Source of the DNA: Candidatus Cloacimonadota bacterium
GTDB lineage: Bacteria; Cloacimonadota; Cloacimonadia; JGIOTU-2
Assembly (NCBI GenBank): GCA_049903315.1
Contig: JBNGBT010000001.1
Span: forward strand, 261,497 to 325,496
DNA length: 64,000 nucleotides
Direction of reading: 5' to 3'
Within the stretch, counting starts at the first letter, position 1; every line of letters begins with the position of its first letter. The notes beneath the pieces were generated by a model that saw only the letters and a program-made list of their open reading frames with translations, was not told where the DNA came from and made no database searches. This document shows positions 28,501 to 37,853 of the stretch, piece by piece. Position numbers and translations under genes: made by a program.

Positions 28501-31500
28501 AAGGAATAATTCTCTATTGTCCATCCATCCGGAGATCGGATGCTCATGAAAAAGATTTTTGGGATCAATTTGTTCCAGCTTTGAAAATAGTGCTGATGAA
28601 GTAAAATTTCCGAGATGTTTTTTGAGTCGGGATTTTATATCATCAAATGATAGTAGGGGGAATTTATTCTTAACAAATTCTTCTATCTGAGATATATTTT
28701 CATTCCATTTCCACCAGCGATTTTCAATTATTGCATGGAAAATCGAACCAAATGCCTGTCCGATCTCATTTTTTTCTCCATCAGCTTCGTGATCCTGAGG
28801 ATTCACTACATTAACACTGCTCATAATATCATGCGGTGTAACTTGTTGAAATGTATTTTTGGGCTGGACAATTTTGGGTGGATCCCAGGTTTTGGGTTTC
28901 TCCTTTTCATGTATCTCGCGAGTAAGACGTTCATTAAGCACATCAATACTCATCGTAGAAATGTTGAAATGCGGCGGAACGATATAATCACCATTCTCTA
29001 TCTCTTCAACTGATTTCGGCAGGTTCATAGGTTGCATTACAAAGGTATTCCACCAGGAATTTTTGCCGAGATTTCCAATATATTCTGCCAGAAGTGCCAC
29101 GCGATATTTTGCACGGGTAACGGCCACGTAGAACATACGCTTGTCCTCGGCTTCCTGCTCGATTCTGTCTTGCTTCTTTATGATCTCAAGAAAATTAGAC
29201 TTTTTGGATTCGATCTGTTCTTTGATAGAAATCCCAACTTCGATCATGCCATCCTGAGCAATGCGGCTGTGAAATATGTTCCCTTTCTCTGTTTGAGTTT
29301 TGGTGTCTTTGAGTTCCGGTATAATCACTGCAGGGAATTCCAGTCCCTTTGCTTTATGGATCGTCATTATATGGACTTTTGCAGGTTCCGGAATGTCTGC
29401 CTGGGCGATCTCACTCTTATAACGTATCTGGTATGCGAGGTAGTCATGCAATTCTTGTAAGCTCGAACCTTCGAGCTCAAGTCTGGAAACAAGATGCATG
29501 AGTTTGTCTATATTCGCAAGACGTTGCTTTCCACCTACTTCACTCATATACCCAAGTTCTCTGTGAGCTTCTGAGAGCACTGTATGCAGCAATTCATTAA
29601 CCGGAAGGTTCCGCGAAAGTTGTCGCCATTGCCGTATGGTTTGAACAATCCAATTATAAGAATCCACTCGAGACATATAACCGAAGATCGATTCCTTCTC
29701 TTTTTTTAAGCTTCTATTCTTGAAATTATTGATCAGAGTGTCCCGTACTGAGAAGAAGGGGCTACGCAGAAGCCCGGTCAATGCAGTATCGTCGTGGGGA
29801 TTGATCAACACGCTGATGAAATGGAACAAGTCGTAGGCTTCCTGCTGGTTGAACAGATTTCTTTCACCGATGATCTGGAAGGGAATATCCTGCTCTTGAA
29901 AAGCACGCAAGTACTCATGTATATGAATAAAGTTCCTGAGCAAAACACCTACATGAACCTCTTCATCGATGTGCTGTTCCTCAGCCCATTGAAGGTATTT
30001 CTGTGCCATTAACGCGGCATGTCGGGCTGGAGTATAATCCTTTGAATTCGGATTATTCTCCACGATACTGATTTCACACACAGTTTCTGAACAGACCCCC
30101 GCTTTAGTCCTATTTTCTGGGAAAGTGGTCTCTTCAAAGGATGCTTCGAAGGAATATTCCGGTTGTGTAAAAATCTTACTGAACAATGGGTTGATCACAT
30201 GGTCGATATATTTTTTCGAAGATCGGTAGTTATCATTAAAGGCGATCAGGGCACCATCAGTGACTTCTTCGAGTTCATTCTGGGCGACATTCATGACCTC
30301 AACATCTGCCTGCTGGAAACGGTAGATTGACTGTTTTTTGTCGCCTACAATGAATAATCCCTTTTCGCGAAGGGTACCGTCAGTTTTCTTGGCAACATGT
30401 TTTATGATTTCCCAGCGAAGATTGTTCGTGTCCTGGAATTCATCAACAAGAATATGTTTAAATTGATAGGAATATTTTTTTCTTACCTGTTCATGCTGCG
30501 AAAGTAATTCTCTTGTTTTGATGATAACGTCATTGAAAGTGAGGTAATTCTTCTTATTTTGAGTCCGCCAGAGAGCGCTTTCGAACTCATCATAAAGTGT
30601 TATCAGATCTTTAAAAACCTTGATGGAGTTGATGTCTTCATTTGAAGGGAAAAATAAAACCTTATCCTCGGGGATAAACTTTGAGAGCTTTTCTATAAGG
30701 GCATTACCTGAATCTTTAAAACCGCTGTAAATGTCATTGTTGATAAAACTTTTCTTCGTTTGTATGTAGCGTGCATCCGAATAATATTCATTCTTTCCAG
30801 AGAGAAAATAGGGGAGCACTTCAGCCATGAAATACCGCCTTTGTTCGAGCTGAGAGTCCCCTGGAAAGAGTTCTATTTTTTCCCTAAGCTCTGCAAATGT
30901 ATTTTTCTCACCATCTTTTACATATTCATGGTAAGAAGTGATATTACGCACTTCGGAAATAAGTAAATTAACATCAAATTCAGGCATGTAATTTGATAAC
31001 CAGTGTTGATAAATATCATCTGGAGAAAGTCTTTCTATGAATTCCAGCCAGCTTTCAAGAAAGACTTTCTTTTTATTAAAGTAGTTGAAAAATTGAATGA
31101 TGCCGTTTTTGTCAGTAAATTGTAGAATGTGTTTCAATTCAGGACGCAGCGCCTTGCTTTGCTGATTAAGAAAATCGTTAAGGGTTTCCCTGTAGAGTTT
31201 TTGGGCAAGCAGTTCATCCGAGGTTTTAAATTGTGGATCGATATTCAGCAGGTAAGCATTTTCTCTGAGTACGATTCCACAGAACGCATCTATGGTCATG
31301 ATATAGTTCTGTGAGAAGGTTGAGCGGAGCCAGTTCTTGTATTCTTCCGGAGCAGTGTGAATATGTTCTCCAAGAAAAACGCCCTGCTCTTTTAGCTCAG
31401 TGATTTCTTCACCCTGCAGGAGCACATGAAGGTCTTGATAGATCCTCTTGGACATCTCTGCTGCAGCTTTGTTTGTGAAAGTGATTACAAGAATATTCTT

Positions 31501-31773
31501 GAACCCGAGCCATTCGCTTTTAGGTTTTTTCAGATTGTGTTTGGTGAATTCGTCGATGATAGCGCAGTAGCGTTTGGAGAGCGCATAGGTCTTTCCTGCG
31601 CCTGCACATGCAGACACGATTTTATTTGTTGAGAGATCCAGTGCTCTTTGTAAAGGTGTTGTTTCTGCCATGTATCTGCTCGCCTGCCTATTGATATATG
31701 AAGCTAAAAAGAGAGAAAAATCTTGGCAATGTTTTTGTGAAAAAGTTGACAACATTGTTGTATTTTTTGTCAA
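25516..31773 (-). CDS. single-chain AddA-AddB-like helicase-nuclease (UvrD-type helicase + RecB nuclease fused to AddB-like nuclease with Fe-S cysteines)
   Basis: The N-terminal half carries UvrD/AddA motifs: 'SACAGAGKT' (I), 'TFTNKAAAEM' (Ia), 'ILVDEFQDTN' (II), 'VGDKKQSIYRFQQAD' (III), 'TIHKAKGLEFPAVI' (V) and 'YVAVTRAKYRVAL' (VI). A RecB nuclease motif 'IIDLLYHDGDAWKVVDFKTD' follows. The ~965-aa C-terminal half ends in a second PD-(D/E)XK motif 'GIIDKISQHHDGGILASDYKTG' and 'CTYCDHYMMC' (CxxCx5C, AddB-type Fe-S ligands). There is no in-frame stop. The likely true start is Met35 at 31671. Confidence 0.8.
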   Translation of the reverse strand: MTKNTTMLSTFSQKHCQDFSLFLASYINRQASRYMAETTPLQRALDLSTNKIVSACAGAGKTYALSKRYCAIIDEFTKHNLKKPKSEWLGFKNILVITFTNKAAAEMSKRIYQDLHVLLQGEEITELKEQGVFLGEHIHTAPEEYKNWLRSTFSQNYIMTIDAFCGIVLRENAYLLNIDPQFKTSDELLAQKLYRETLNDFLNQQSKALRPELKHILQFTDKNGIIQFFNYFNKKKVFLESWLEFIERLSPDDIYQHWLSNYMPEFDVNLLISEVRNITSYHEYVKDGEKNTFAELREKIELFPGDSQLEQRRYFMAEVLPYFLSGKNEYYSDARYIQTKKSFINNDIYSGFKDSGNALIEKLSKFIPEDKVLFFPSNEDINSIKVFKDLITLYDEFESALWRTQNKKNYLTFNDVIIKTRELLSQHEQVRKKYSYQFKHILVDEFQDTNNLRWEIIKHVAKKTDGTLREKGLFIVGDKKQSIYRFQQADVEVMNVAQNELEEVTDGALIAFNDNYRSSKKYIDHVINPLFSKIFTQPEYSFEASFEETTFPENRTKAGVCSETVCEISIVENNPNSKDYTPARHAALMAQKYLQWAEEQHIDEEVHVGVLLRNFIHIHEYLRAFQEQDIPFQIIGERNLFNQQEAYDLFHFISVLINPHDDTALTGLLRSPFFSVRDTLINNFKNRSLKKEKESIFGYMSRVDSYNWIVQTIRQWRQLSRNLPVNELLHTVLSEAHRELGYMSEVGGKQRLANIDKLMHLVSRLELEGSSLQELHDYLAYQIRYKSEIAQADIPEPAKVHIMTIHKAKGLEFPAVIIPELKDTKTQTEKGNIFHSRIAQDGMIEVGISIKEQIESKKSNFLEIIKKQDRIEQEAEDKRMFYVAVTRAKYRVALLAEYIGNLGKNSWWNTFVMQPMNLPKSVEEIENGDYIVPPHFNISTMSIDVLNERLTREIHEKEKPKTWDPPKIVQPKNTFQQVTPHDIMSSVNVVNPQDHEADGEKNEIGQAFGSIFHAIIENRWWKWNENISQIEEFVKNKFPLLSFDDIKSRLKKHLGNFTSSALFSKLEQIDPKNLFHEHPISGWMDNRELFLEVNGIIDLLYHDGDAWKVVDFKTDRTKQFHEQYTLQLQTYLWMVKQLYDIDAQAYIYYSSFNELREIPFSDDYWAAIFPGEKHPFTPSDLQTTPIESKIIEKINDEPMTVINLTTYHAKKMLRSLAAMKMLSPNIEITTLKRLYRMNGSALKKITPEISRMLVRKAAENYEISDGTIDLLAQAFKENFQQKKAFKSSRVEFEEIYKCFECLREQYHYAYESQIMVDVVDDYFSDSIVIINGFFKDYERDFDLIRKIATTVKAFFFMDSFGKNTLISDFPYSQGVWQKIIPEKIPDTYCTAFHSVKTEIAGIARHILDLKNKDIEFSEIQLAISSIDVYIPVIEKVFSAYGIPYRIFAPIPLIDQPLTNFIIGLLTIILSSEHLTWQTLSSVLLHPLIQSNDDLCKLDAFIRSNPVTYFSDVVEIQGIGAYRETIHSVIEAIAMMRLLPGSEDLSNLWNKVESFFQAHSIVQLIEIDEKLASVFSCIQRIINRTLDTYSVIGFPSKNDEVLRELKKQFKDSNLPRTINGVGVEVISYLESYNSTAKVLFVAGLAENYFPVPPKKNPLTKSIPHYEWHKSALLLNGWIRKNQQIYFSYPCHNITGDTLNPSILLEGMDIKKEQRISTSFPQTLRQYYLTCERRIIENPDLPVLQRHNDYLSEDIGPYKGQVNPDGSDRVLISASGMNTLIQCPMQYLFRDILKIKPLEYNEDGELRKSLGNHIHKALEEFGKADGFTILRNNFEHACSMLDKQLKQVLQKNHIHLENDLFLQRLYAPYIEGLTECYENNLLVSLLRFNIDNFAAYTPLLFEQDFGEHSLSSWKIFEMKNEVVKLHFRGIIDKISQHHDGGILASDYKTGAAPAVKDIVEFWDVQPLVYLLTLENHYNGKDPLFVYESTKDIATSKNQFTIQFANDGFLIKWKSRNEYKEHLVLRDEFSQFLLTYGEKVILGNFNIRERELYGKPCTYCDHYMMCRKNSMMNRCITINDILQKKTEE
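31746..31773. promoter_or_regulatory. nested palindrome TTGACAACATTGTTG-n6-TTGTCAA in the divergent promoter between the AddAB-like gene and the CDF transporter (candidate operator)
   Basis: TTGACAA at 31746 and its reverse complement TTGTCAA at 31767 flank the inner palindrome CAACATTGTTG. The site is upstream of the probable AddAB start at 31671. Confidence 0.3.
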
Positions 31774-31983
31774 TAATATGCCGATGTATGTAATGTAGAA
31801 TGAATATGGATCTTATAACGTTTTTTACGTGTGAATACCTAGTAATGCAATTTTCATTCTTAATTGATTCACAGATTCAGAAAACGCAAGGACTATAATT
31901 TGCTTTAAGTCTTTTATGCGAAAAGTAATTTTTCAATAGGAACGGTTTTACAAAATGAACCCAACGATGGAAAACATACTCAC

Positions 31984-32916
31984 ATGAGTTTACCAATCCC
32001 AGATCAAGATATTTTACGCAAGCAAGAGCGGGTAGTCCTGCTTACTTTGTTGCTGTCAATGTCTTCCTTCATTCCGATCCTGGTGGTAGCACTGCTCTCG
32101 GGTTCCATGCTGTTACTGAGCGATATGCTCGACTACGGGCGTGTTATCATTAGTAGTCTTCTTGGCTGGCGTATTCTACGGGCAGTTCGCACAGGTCGAA
32201 TGAACGGCTTCGATTATGGAACCGGTAAACTTCAAACTTTGGGTGGTATGTTAGGAGCGACGCTTTATGTGGCAGTTTTGATGATCATGGCAGGCATATC
32301 CATCCGCCACCTGTTTCGCCCGATCCCACTGGTTCAATCATTCACTATTCTGGGAGCCTTGTTTCAACTCGGGGGATTTGCTGTAAGTACCTGGTTATGG
32401 GTACGCAAACGCAAACTCGCACGAGCGGTATTTTCCCCGGTCATGGAAATGCAATGGCGGGCATCTCGTGCTGGTGCCCTGATGTGTCTGGCGGTTTTTC
32501 TGGGCCTGACCACCACACTGTTGTTACAAAAATATACATGGTCAGTCTATCTTGATCCGTTGTTCGCTCTGGTTTTTATTATATATACAGGAGTATCCTT
32601 TCTGCCAATACTATCAGATGGGATCAATGACTTGCTCGACAAAACCTTGCAGGAGGATCTGCAATTAAAAATTGATCTTCATCTGGCGAAGAATTTTGAC
32701 GATTACTCCGGATTCCATGGTGTTCGCTCCCGTCGTTCGGGTGGAAGGATTTTTATTGAAATCGCATTGAGTTTTCAGCACGATCAACCGGTTGGCAAAG
32801 CAGTAGAAACAATAGATCGTCTATGTCGCGGCATCGAGTCCGATATCCCCGGCAGCCAGGTACACGTAGCATTGTTCCCGATGGAGGAATCTTCCCAAAA
32901 TGAAAGAAGCGAATAA
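31984..32916 (+). CDS. cation diffusion facilitator (CDF) family metal efflux transporter
   Basis: Six predicted TM helices with 'LLSDMLDY' (TM2) and 'FDYGTGKLQTLGG' (H/D-x3-D-like site), plus the C-terminal cytoplasmic domain 'FHGVRSRRSGGRIFIEIALSF'. Confidence 0.6.
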   Translation: MSLPIPDQDILRKQERVVLLTLLLSMSSFIPILVVALLSGSMLLLSDMLDYGRVIISSLLGWRILRAVRTGRMNGFDYGTGKLQTLGGMLGATLYVAVLMIMAGISIRHLFRPIPLVQSFTILGALFQLGGFAVSTWLWVRKRKLARAVFSPVMEMQWRASRAGALMCLAVFLGLTTTLLLQKYTWSVYLDPLFALVFIIYTGVSFLPILSDGINDLLDKTLQEDLQLKIDLHLAKNFDDYSGFHGVRSRRSGGRIFIEIALSFQHDQPVGKAVETIDRLCRGIESDIPGSQVHVALFPMEESSQNERSE

Positions 32917-32949
32917 AAAAACTGAGATCTCAAACCAAATTACGAAAAA

Positions 32950-33567
32950 ATGATGAGCCTTTTTGTCTTTGAAGCTATCTCAGAAAAGCATCTTGATATT
33001 GCTGCAAGATGTCATCATGATTGGTATGTCCAAGCAGGATATATTACCCAATATCCCAACGGAAAATATCAAGATGAATGGTCTATGCATTCGAAATATT
33101 TCCTGGTTACGGAATCAGGCAATGGAAATAATCTGATGAAAAAGGATGTGATTGGACTTGTTCGATTGATACTTTCGGCACCATTTCCGATCAATGTACA
33201 CTTTGAACTGTGGGAACAAGTATGTTCTGAAATCCAAAATATACCGCTGGAAAATCAATGTGAAGTTACTGCATTTTGTTGGGCGCCCAAATGTAGGACA
33301 AAAGCTTTCCCTTATCTCTTACGCGCTATAAGACAATGCACGAAAACGTTGAATAAGTCCTTTGTTTGGGCTTGCCTGGACAAGAGATTAATCCCGATTT
33401 TAAAATATTATATGATTCCAGTTCACATCTGTGGTGAAACCAGGTTTTATATGGGTTCTGATACTATCCCGCTTCTCACGAAACCATCTGAAATAGTAAT
33501 ATCGCTTTCAGAAAAAAATCAAGAGCTTTATAAGATAATTGAAAAAGAATTGGACACACTAAAATGA
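32950..33567 (+). CDS. hypothetical protein (possibly GNAT-fold N-acyltransferase-like)
   Basis: 205 aa, cytoplasmic, no convincing motif. Confidence 0.4.
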   Translation: MMSLFVFEAISEKHLDIAARCHHDWYVQAGYITQYPNGKYQDEWSMHSKYFLVTESGNGNNLMKKDVIGLVRLILSAPFPINVHFELWEQVCSEIQNIPLENQCEVTAFCWAPKCRTKAFPYLLRAIRQCTKTLNKSFVWACLDKRLIPILKYYMIPVHICGETRFYMGSDTIPLLTKPSEIVISLSEKNQELYKIIEKELDTLK

Positions 33568-33663
33568 ATCAGGATGCATGCAAATTTTAGGCAATGATTT
33601 GTGAAATTATTGACAGCAATAAATTATGAATAATAGAAATTTCAGTTTCAAAAAAATATTAAT

Positions 33664-34134
33664 ATGAAAAAAATCACATTCAAACAAATCGGCATAATCT
33701 ATTCACCCTTTGAAACAAAGGATGATTGCCCGATCCAGAGTGTCTATAGTTCTGATACCAGGGGAACGGTTGAGGTGTACGAACAATTTGCAGAAGGATT
33801 GAAAGATATCGAATCTTTTAGCCATATCATTCTTTTATATGAATTCGACAGGGCTGGTGAAGTTGTGCTTGTACGGCAACCTTTCCTCGATGATGAATCA
33901 TATGGAATTTTTGCTTCCAGACATCCCTGCCGTCCAAATGGAATTGCACTATCCGTTGTGAAACTCGTACAACGGGATGGGAATGTGCTCCATGTTCAAG
34001 GAATTGACGTACTCGATGAAACCCCGCTTATCGATATCAAACCATACTCTCCGAAATTTGATTGTTTCCCGGAAGCGTCTAATGGGTGGCTTGAATCAAC
34101 ATCATGGCGGGAAAAACCCGAAGGTCGAGAGTGA
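33664..34134 (+). CDS. tsaA: tRNA (adenine37-N6)-methyltransferase TsaA/YaeB family
   Basis: 'IGIIYSPFETKDDCPIQ', 'HIILLYEFD' and 'VLDETPLIDIKPY' match the TsaA/YaeB beta-barrel methyltransferase signature. Confidence 0.8.
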   Translation: MKKITFKQIGIIYSPFETKDDCPIQSVYSSDTRGTVEVYEQFAEGLKDIESFSHIILLYEFDRAGEVVLVRQPFLDDESYGIFASRHPCRPNGIALSVVKLVQRDGNVLHVQGIDVLDETPLIDIKPYSPKFDCFPEASNGWLESTSWREKPEGRE

Positions 34135-34151
34135 TAAGAAAAGGGAGTAAA

Positions 34152-34718
34152 ATGTATTTAAAAAGAAAATATTGTAATGTTGTTTTTTCATTTATCAGTC
34201 TTTGCTTTTTCCTGTTAATAATATTTGGATGCACAGCAAAGACGGAAGGAGGTAAAGATATGGCTATGATACTTACAAGTACTGCTTTTACAGAAGGGAG
34301 TATGATACCCGGAGATTATGGTTGTAAAGGGAGAAATATTTCACCTCCTCTGGCATGGACAGGCACTCCGGAAGGAACGAAGAGCTTCGCACTAATCTGT
34401 AACGATCCCGATGCTTCTGCGGGTGATTGGGTACATTGGGTAATATACAATATCCCAGCAACTATTCATGAACTCAAAGAAAATATTCCCACTGATAAAA
34501 TTCTGGAGAATGGTGCAGTACAGGGCATCAATGATTTTCGAAAATATGGCTATGGAGGACCTTGCCCTCCCAGTAGTGTTCATCGCTATTTTTTTAGGAT
34601 TTATGCATTGGACACAGAACTTACCTCAGGGCCTGGGCTTACAAAAAAAGAACTACTTAAGGCAATGAAAGGTCATGTGCTCGGACAAGGACAACTTATG
34701 GGAAAGTATAGTCGTTAA
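34152..34718 (+). CDS. YbhB/YbcL-family phosphatidylethanolamine-binding protein (PEBP) lipoprotein
   Basis: 'ISPPLAWTGTPEGTKSFALICNDPDAS...WVHWVIYNIP...YGGPCPPSSVHRYFFRIYALD' is the PEBP signature. Start taken at the ATG at 34152 (RBS aagggag), giving the lipobox 'IIFGC'. The upstream ATG at 34104 overlaps tsaA. Confidence 0.8.
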   Translation: MYLKRKYCNVVFSFISLCFFLLIIFGCTAKTEGGKDMAMILTSTAFTEGSMIPGDYGCKGRNISPPLAWTGTPEGTKSFALICNDPDASAGDWVHWVIYNIPATIHELKENIPTDKILENGAVQGINDFRKYGYGGPCPPSSVHRYFFRIYALDTELTSGPGLTKKELLKAMKGHVLGQGQLMGKYSR

Positions 34719-34838
34719 GCATTCGAGCTATATATAAATAATTTGACAGAGCAACAACGTACTGATAATGAATTTTATTCATATTATACATGCTATCAAA
34801 TTTTAACTGGAGAATTACATGAAGGTAATTAATTGCTC

Positions 34839-35342
34839 ATGTTCAAGAGTTTTGTTTCAATTATCCTACTAGTGTACATGTCGATTTTAATGACTTCTTG
34901 TTCCAAAAAAACTGGAAATGATTCAACAGATTCGACCTTTTACACAGTTAATGTAGCCTATAATGCAACATCCCCGGACGTCTGTACTTATTATGGTGCA
35001 GGTGAAGCTACTTTTTACGATTACGGGGATCATGGAAAGATAGAAGGTTCTGTGACCGTTGGCGGGGCTACATTTGATGCTGAATTTGAAGGGACTATTA
35101 CAGGAAATTCCTTCACTGTTACGACCACCACTTTTCAGGTCCAATACGAATTCAATGGAGTAATCTATACAGAAACTATCACAATAGACTTCAATGCTTT
35201 CAGTATCCTAGGGGATGAGGTAACTGCCACTGGAGATTACGTCACAGTGACAACTCCAGGAAATACGACTGAATCGGGTACAGTTACATTCGTTGCAACA
35301 AAAACAATAGATCTCGAAAGTAATTCTATAACGGATTTGTAG
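34839..35342 (+). CDS. Thr-rich beta-strand lipoprotein, unknown function
   Basis: Lipobox 'ILMTSC|SKK'. The track start at 34833 is TTG; the ATG is at 34839. Confidence 0.5.
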   Translation: MFKSFVSIILLVYMSILMTSCSKKTGNDSTDSTFYTVNVAYNATSPDVCTYYGAGEATFYDYGDHGKIEGSVTVGGATFDAEFEGTITGNSFTVTTTTFQVQYEFNGVIYTETITIDFNAFSILGDEVTATGDYVTVTTPGNTTESGTVTFVATKTIDLESNSITDL

Positions 35343-35443
35343 AAGCTTATAAACATCAGGTTTGGCGTGGCTATGTTGTAAGTATGGATCTTTGTTAATA
35401 ATAGAAAAATTGACACATAAGCAAACCAAAATACGTTCATTTT

Positions 35444-36175
35444 ATGATAGCTTTGCGTAACAACTTGATAGTAATATTATGTTTATTATTTATGATTTCG
35501 ATGCAAAGGAATCTTATGGCAGAACAAAAATGGTATAAACCAGTAAATCTTGGGTGTCACTATTTGAATTTTATAGCTGAGGAAAACATTTCTTCTGAAG
35601 ATGTTGCACGGTATTTTCATTCTAAAGGGGATCATATTCTAACCCCGATGTTTGAACAGGAACTTAACAGTCTGGTTGAGGAGTGGAGAAAGCATGATGA
35701 TGGCAGTATTTCCCCTGAGTTTCAAAATGATCCGTACTTTATCCCAAACAATGAATATTTGGTTGAGTATGCTATCGGAGGATTTTCCGAGGATTCTGTG
35801 AATGTCATGTTTTTCTTCAGGTACGGTGCTTCTCGCTGGCATCATTACAATGCACTTCTCAAAAATCTCATAATACCTCGGAGTAGTGTAGTAGATAGTA
35901 TTTTTAATATGATCTATTATGATGACCTTTACACTACAAGCTATAAAGGGATCGGCTACGGTTCTTCTGAATCGAACATGGAAACAGCACTGGGAACGGG
36001 CTACTATGAATATATCGGGCAGAGTATTCAACTGAAGAATGTCTTCTATAAACAGGAAAATATGGAGATTTGCCTTCAAGATGGAATAGTGAAATACGTC
36101 AAAGAAGGCAGACCTTCTTGGATGGAATCTGAAAATATTCAGAAGCACAAAGAGAATGACTCGTCAAAAAAATAA
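35444..36175 (+). CDS. secreted hypothetical protein
   Basis: Signal/TM segment 'LIVILCLLFMISMQ'. No known motif. Confidence 0.5.
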   Translation: MIALRNNLIVILCLLFMISMQRNLMAEQKWYKPVNLGCHYLNFIAEENISSEDVARYFHSKGDHILTPMFEQELNSLVEEWRKHDDGSISPEFQNDPYFIPNNEYLVEYAIGGFSEDSVNVMFFFRYGASRWHHYNALLKNLIIPRSSVVDSIFNMIYYDDLYTTSYKGIGYGSSESNMETALGTGYYEYIGQSIQLKNVFYKQENMEICLQDGIVKYVKEGRPSWMESENIQKHKENDSSKK

Positions 36176-36545
36176 CAATACACACTGTCATCTGTTGGCA
36201 GATGAAAAAATTTCAAAAACGGATCTCCTCGATTCTCTCGATGTTGTGGAAGTGATTGAGCAGGATTCACATTTCACACGGAAAATCCTCAGGTGCAAAG
36301 AGTGTGGTCAACTCTTCCTATATCAATTTTATGAACAGGTTGATTGGGAAGGGGGTAATGATCCACAATATTACCTCTGGATTCCGGTTAAGAATATTCC
36401 TCAGGCAAAAAAACTCAACAAGAAATCTGCGCTTGAATTACGAACGTTACCAGGTATACGAATAGATTTTTCAAAAGAGATGACAAGACCGACAGAACCT
36501 TATTTATTTCCAAAAGATAAAACCAAACAGGATAACAACAAATGA
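36156..36545 (+). CDS. hypothetical cytoplasmic protein with HCH / CKEC motif
   Basis: Overlaps the previous gene by 20 nt and the next by 4 nt (ATGA), which suggests translational coupling. Confidence 0.5.
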   Translation: MTRQKNNNTHCHLLADEKISKTDLLDSLDVVEVIEQDSHFTRKILRCKECGQLFLYQFYEQVDWEGGNDPQYYLWIPVKNIPQAKKLNKKSALELRTLPGIRIDFSKEMTRPTEPYLFPKDKTKQDNNK

Positions 36546-37846
36546 TACCTTATACTGCATGGATACAATTATTCGTACTTACGTTAAAATTATTTCCTTC
36601 ATTCAATGAGACTGATGACATACAGGTAATGACCTCGTGGAAGAGCCTGGAAAGTTTTGGTATGTATGCAAAAGACCAGGCAATGCAGGTTGAGTTTATC
36701 TCAAGTGAACATAATACACCGCTTTTAGCTTATTTGCTTATTCCCTGGGAGAATATTTCGATATCCGGCAACAACGTCGATATTTCATCCATGCTTGGTT
36801 TGCCGGATCTGCTTTGTGTGACGCCATTTGCAATACTGCAAGAGCGTTGTACACCAGATTCTGGAGAAGGAGATGTTGTCCTCAAGGAAAAGATCACTAC
36901 TTTTGTCGAGGAGTTATTCAATATCGATGCAAATTCAAAACTATTGGTGTATGAGGATGGCTTTTCTCTTGGGAATCAGTATCAGGCCATATCAATGAGG
37001 AGGTTTCCTTATTTAGTGGATCTAAGTATAGCAATACCCGGAAGTGCCCATCTTGATCCAGATTTTTTTAAAAATGAGTATAGCAATACAATGATATTTG
37101 TATCCATGGTTCCGGATAGAGGTAATGTTCTTGCATCATGGATTAAAGGAGGTGATGCCGGTGAATTAACAGCAGTTATTTCTTTTCAGGATGAGTTAAT
37201 ACAGAAGCTTGAAGGATTTATTACTTCCGCAAGTTCAATTAAGAAAGTTGAAGAGAGGATTGAATTCTATGTGAAGTATAAAGCTGGACTTCTCGATTAT
37301 CTTAGTTTAGAAGGAATGGATACAGCGATCAAAAATTTTTACTGTGATTTTCTGAGAAGATTATTAGCAGTTCCAGACGAACCGGTTAGAGAAATACAAA
37401 TAGATCCTGTTTTCGGGAATTACCAACCAAAGAAAACTCCTGATGTGGTCACTGATTATATGCCTGAGATTAAGGAAGATATTGAGAAAATCCCCAAAGC
37501 AGAACTTGAAAATCTATTTGACCTGCTAGAACTTTTTGAGGGTTATAAAACCAGAGCGGAACAGAATCCCGGAAAAACGTTTGAAGGCAATGTCCTTTTA
37601 GGTGGATTGCCCGAAGAATATCAACCTTCAAAGGAAGAACTCCTGCTTGCAGAAATCGGTGAACGAATCAGGAAGATAAACGATACGTATTCAGATGAAG
37701 ATATCGAAGAATATTGCGATGAACACGGACTAAATTATAGAGCATTGGAATATGTAAAGTTCACCTTTATTCACTACGATGTGATGGGTTCGGGACGGTT
37801 CTTTTATGTGAACAGCAGGGATTCTGTAAGGTTCACATTACCATAG
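36542..37846 (+). CDS. hypothetical 434-aa protein
   Basis: Long ORF with coding-like composition and no recognisable domain. Confidence 0.55.
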   Translation: MIPYTAWIQLFVLTLKLFPSFNETDDIQVMTSWKSLESFGMYAKDQAMQVEFISSEHNTPLLAYLLIPWENISISGNNVDISSMLGLPDLLCVTPFAILQERCTPDSGEGDVVLKEKITTFVEELFNIDANSKLLVYEDGFSLGNQYQAISMRRFPYLVDLSIAIPGSAHLDPDFFKNEYSNTMIFVSMVPDRGNVLASWIKGGDAGELTAVISFQDELIQKLEGFITSASSIKKVEERIEFYVKYKAGLLDYLSLEGMDTAIKNFYCDFLRRLLAVPDEPVREIQIDPVFGNYQPKKTPDVVTDYMPEIKEDIEKIPKAELENLFDLLELFEGYKTRAEQNPGKTFEGNVLLGGLPEEYQPSKEELLLAEIGERIRKINDTYSDEDIEEYCDEHGLNYRALEYVKFTFIHYDVMGSGRFFYVNSRDSVRFTLP

Positions 37847-37853
37847 TATAATT

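Noticed and set aside
31672-31773. N-terminal 34 codons of the AddAB-like ORF as called
   Set aside because: The UvrD-type N-terminus normally begins a few residues before the Walker A motif. Met35 (31671) gives 'MAETTPLQRALDLSTNKIVSACAGAGKT'. The upstream extension covers the palindromic promoter element and is probably untranslated.
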